Assembly: GCA_964199315.1 (NCBI GenBank)
Contig: OZ116704.1
Coordinates: 30,256,001-30,320,000, forward strand
DNA length: 64,000 nt
Direction of reading: 5' to 3'
Source of the DNA: Orbicella franksi
Taxonomy: Eukaryota
The notes under the pieces are model-generated. The model was not told the DNA's origin and did no database searches. It saw only the letters and a program-made list of their open reading frames with translations. Made by a program: the position numbers and the translations under genes. Of this stretch, positions 61,007 to 64,000 are shown in pieces; the stretch's first letter is position 1; each line of letters begins with the position of its first letter.

Positions 61007-63411
61007 TTAGAATCCCAGAGGATGAAGCGGAACCGTGTTCATATTCTTGATGACTTCCGCTGCTATTCTCGACATCTTAGTGTCATTGGAGAGCTTGTTA
61101 GAGTCGTGTAGGGAACCAAGGTTCTGTCTTACTCGGTCGAAAGCCTAAAAAAAAAAAGAAATACAAATAAACCAGAATTAAGATAACGTAGTGAAAGAGA
61201 ATGAAAGAGAAAGGATGCCATGAGTAGGTGACTTTACCTCATCGCAGAAGACGGTTGCTATCATTGCTTCGTGTTGAGCACTTTCTATGTTGGTATTGAG
61301 AGATCGGGATGCCCTGAATGTATAAAATTAGAAAAAATAAGAAGAAAGGAAAAGGTCTGAAGGTCAGTCCATCACTTCAACTAAAACAGGTCTGAACTTG
61401 TTTTTACCTGGAAAGCACGGCAGCCATGCCATAAATATCAATAGCAGCATCCGCGAGCCTCTTAAGTAAGAACTGCTGGTCTGTAATACATAGTGTGAAA
61501 CATTAAATGAATCTACACTAAGTAAACGTTCACAAGACTTTCAACAAAATCCAATGTGATAGTGTTCACGAACAAAACAAAACAAAAAAGTACATGTAGC
61601 ACCATTAGCATGAAAAACAACAACAACAACAACAACTACAACAATTTTGCGGCGAACAATACTTGCTTGCAGTTACCTCTAATTCCTTTCCCGTGTCTAA
61701 TCAGTATCTTCTCTACTGTCGCACCGAAGTCGCCTGTAGCTTCTGCCGCCTAAACAACAATCAAACAACGCAACCCAAGTTACATTTACCCAAGAACACA
61801 GATTTCAATGATTCTGGCGGGTTAAACACCAGTACGAGTATATGGTCTTGCTTGCATTTTCAGGCCCACCCTCCTTTTTTTACTCTGCTTCGTATCTCCT
61901 TACCCCCTCTCCCCGACCTTATACTTTGCCTCTGCCATTCCCCCTCCCAAACTGAATCTCAGCCTCCCCTCTCCTTCTCCTCTATCTTTCTTTCCCACTC
62001 CCGCCATTTGTGTCGATCTCCCCACAACCATCCATCCGTGTCTTGATCCCTCACTGCTCCCCTCCCCACCCACCCTTCACCTCCGGCATCTCTCTCCTGT
62101 ACCCTCCCACATCAAGTAGCAACTCTACTTACAAGCTTAGCTGAAGATGCCAGATCTGGATGAACATGTTCCGCTAAAGAAGGGCCTGACTTTATGCCCA
62201 CAGCCCTGGATCGTAAAACAAACAAATAACAAATAACAAATAAATAAACAAACAATAATGAGGCATTAGTCAGAAATAAAATAAATATCAGTAGTCCAAA
62301 ATGGATCCGTGACTGCGTGGCACAGTGTAAATAGTTCAAAAGTTACAATAGTAATTGAAATAGTGCCAAGAAAATCAATTATTTAGCCGACGTTTTGGGC
62401 CTAGCCCTTCTTTAGTGCTGTGTTTTTAATCCTTAGGGTGCGTTTCTTTAAGAAAATCCAAGATTGGATTCTTAAATTGGAAAGAATCCGAAAAAAGCAT
62501 TTTGCGTTTCTTTACTAAACAGATCAATCCAAGATCACCCGGATCATGGTGCGTCAAAGGAACCGAAAAATCCACCCTGGGAGTGGATTCTTCGGTTCCT
62601 CAGATTAAAGAAAGCATCGTTGCCATGCTCAGGGCATTTTATAGGTCGGTGGTATGCCTTTTTGAACTAAAGAATATTTGACCGCACACTTAACAGCAAT
62701 ATCAGCTACCTCTCGCATTCCTGAATAATGCAAATTGAGCAGTGATACCACTTTGCAGCCACGACCTTTACCTTGCGAATACACGAAAAAGCAATTCCCA
62801 AGGACCCAGGTTTCACTGTAATTGCAAACTCACTCAGAATAACAAAGACAAAGACAAACAAAACATTTAACCCCAAAGTGGCAATACCTGCGTGATCTCT
62901 TGATTCCCTCTGACAAAATGAGTCCAATATTGGCAGGATTTGTTAGCTTCTTCTGAAGTGCTCTTAGGAATTTTCCCGCATCCTTAAGATAACGAAAAAA
63001 TAAAAAGTACTTATTAACTACGAAAACCACTGATCGGCTCCCAGTATCGTGCGAGTTTCTACGAATAAAACAAAAAATGACTTCAAAATAAACTTGCTAA
63101 CTAACAAGGACTGTAAATATTCAAAGTTCCATCTAATTTAAGAACACAGCAATTTTGAGCCTCTGCTTTCGTACATTTTTTTAATTCCACCAACTTGTAC
63201 TGTTTTTTTTTTTTTCTTTTAGTTTTTTTCGTGTAAAGTTAATTTAAGCCCCACACAAGCCTGTTTTTATGAATTCAACTCACCAAAGGGACACTTCATT
63301 TAAGCTTACCTGAAGACCAGTCAGAGAGACGAATAATCTCAAAATGTCATTGGTCCCTTCGAATATTCTGAAAATTCTAAGATCACGCATGACGCGCTCA
63401 GCTCCACAATC
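61007..63411 (-). CDS. ACADVL: Very-long-chain acyl-CoA dehydrogenase, last 7 exons (the gene continues beyond the window)
   Basis: Exons 63411-63310 ([24 protein letters not shown] with the catalytic Glu), 62982-62888, 62205-62133, 61749-61677, 61480-61408 ([15 protein letters not shown]), 61313-61238 and 61144-61007 (ends HPLGF*). All are in frame. The motifs match VLCAD better than ACAD9. Confidence 0.93.
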
Positions 63412-64000
63412 CTTTCAAGGATTAAAAAAGAAAAGAAAAGAAAAAAATTGTCAGCACAGTCGAACCTACATGTACTCTAGCAGAAAGTAAGTACACTCTA
63501 GAGACAGAAGGTAGCACTAAATAGTAAAGAGCGCTAACAAACTTGCGACTCTACACAAACTAAAAAAATAATAAACTGGTAAATAAGCAAAATTTTAACA
63601 CTATGTAAAAGAGCTACCCAAGTAATTTAAAACTCTACTGTACCATGAAAGTTCTGGATTTAATGTGAGTTACAGATAATTGCTTCTTTGTCCCCTTATT
63701 TTTTACATATCATAGGCGAGAACTCTTCTGAGTGAACTACATTTTTCTGATCATCTGGGTGTATTCGCGGACACGAGTTTCTATTACATGAATAAATGAA
63801 TAGCAAATTTTGGATGTAGAGAAAGCTCTGGGCCGGGTTGTTCGAAAGCCGGTTAACGCTAACCCAGGATTCAAAGATAACCGAAGTATTTATTTGTCTT
63901 GTGTAAATGTGTTTTGCTCTACTTATTTGTTTCGTAGTTTGAGATTATTCAAACTCAAAACTGAAGGACGAACAATGTAAACAGAAAACCTCACCGAAAA

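Overview
This is eukaryotic, intron-rich, AT-rich genomic DNA. The gene content and repeats suggest an anthozoan, probably a stony coral (inference). There is no rRNA, true tRNA or CRISPR array. I rebuilt the gene models by hand from GT-AG junctions with consistent phases. (1) Two tandem minus-strand paralogs of a family I do not recognise (1371-4510 and 7778-18075), each with two exons, an MGxxxS N-myristoylation start, a shared PAYSRHTG motif and an amphipathic C-terminus. (2) A 9.6-kb intron in the second paralog, inflated by nested transposons, including a 4.5-kb Foldback/Mutator-like element with a 10-bp TSD that carries a Penelope-like RT remnant. (3) Four intact, tandem, plus-strand, five-exon UDP-glycosyltransferase genes (25621-52550). 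Two have Arg in place of the catalytic His, and one has swapped its C-terminal tail for a duplicate that lies in the 3' UTR of its neighbours. (4) A convergent pair of secreted WSC-like cysteine-rich proteins (54407-59303). (5) The last seven exons of ACADVL on the minus strand (61007-63411). MITEs, SINEs and LINE fragments are scattered throughout.
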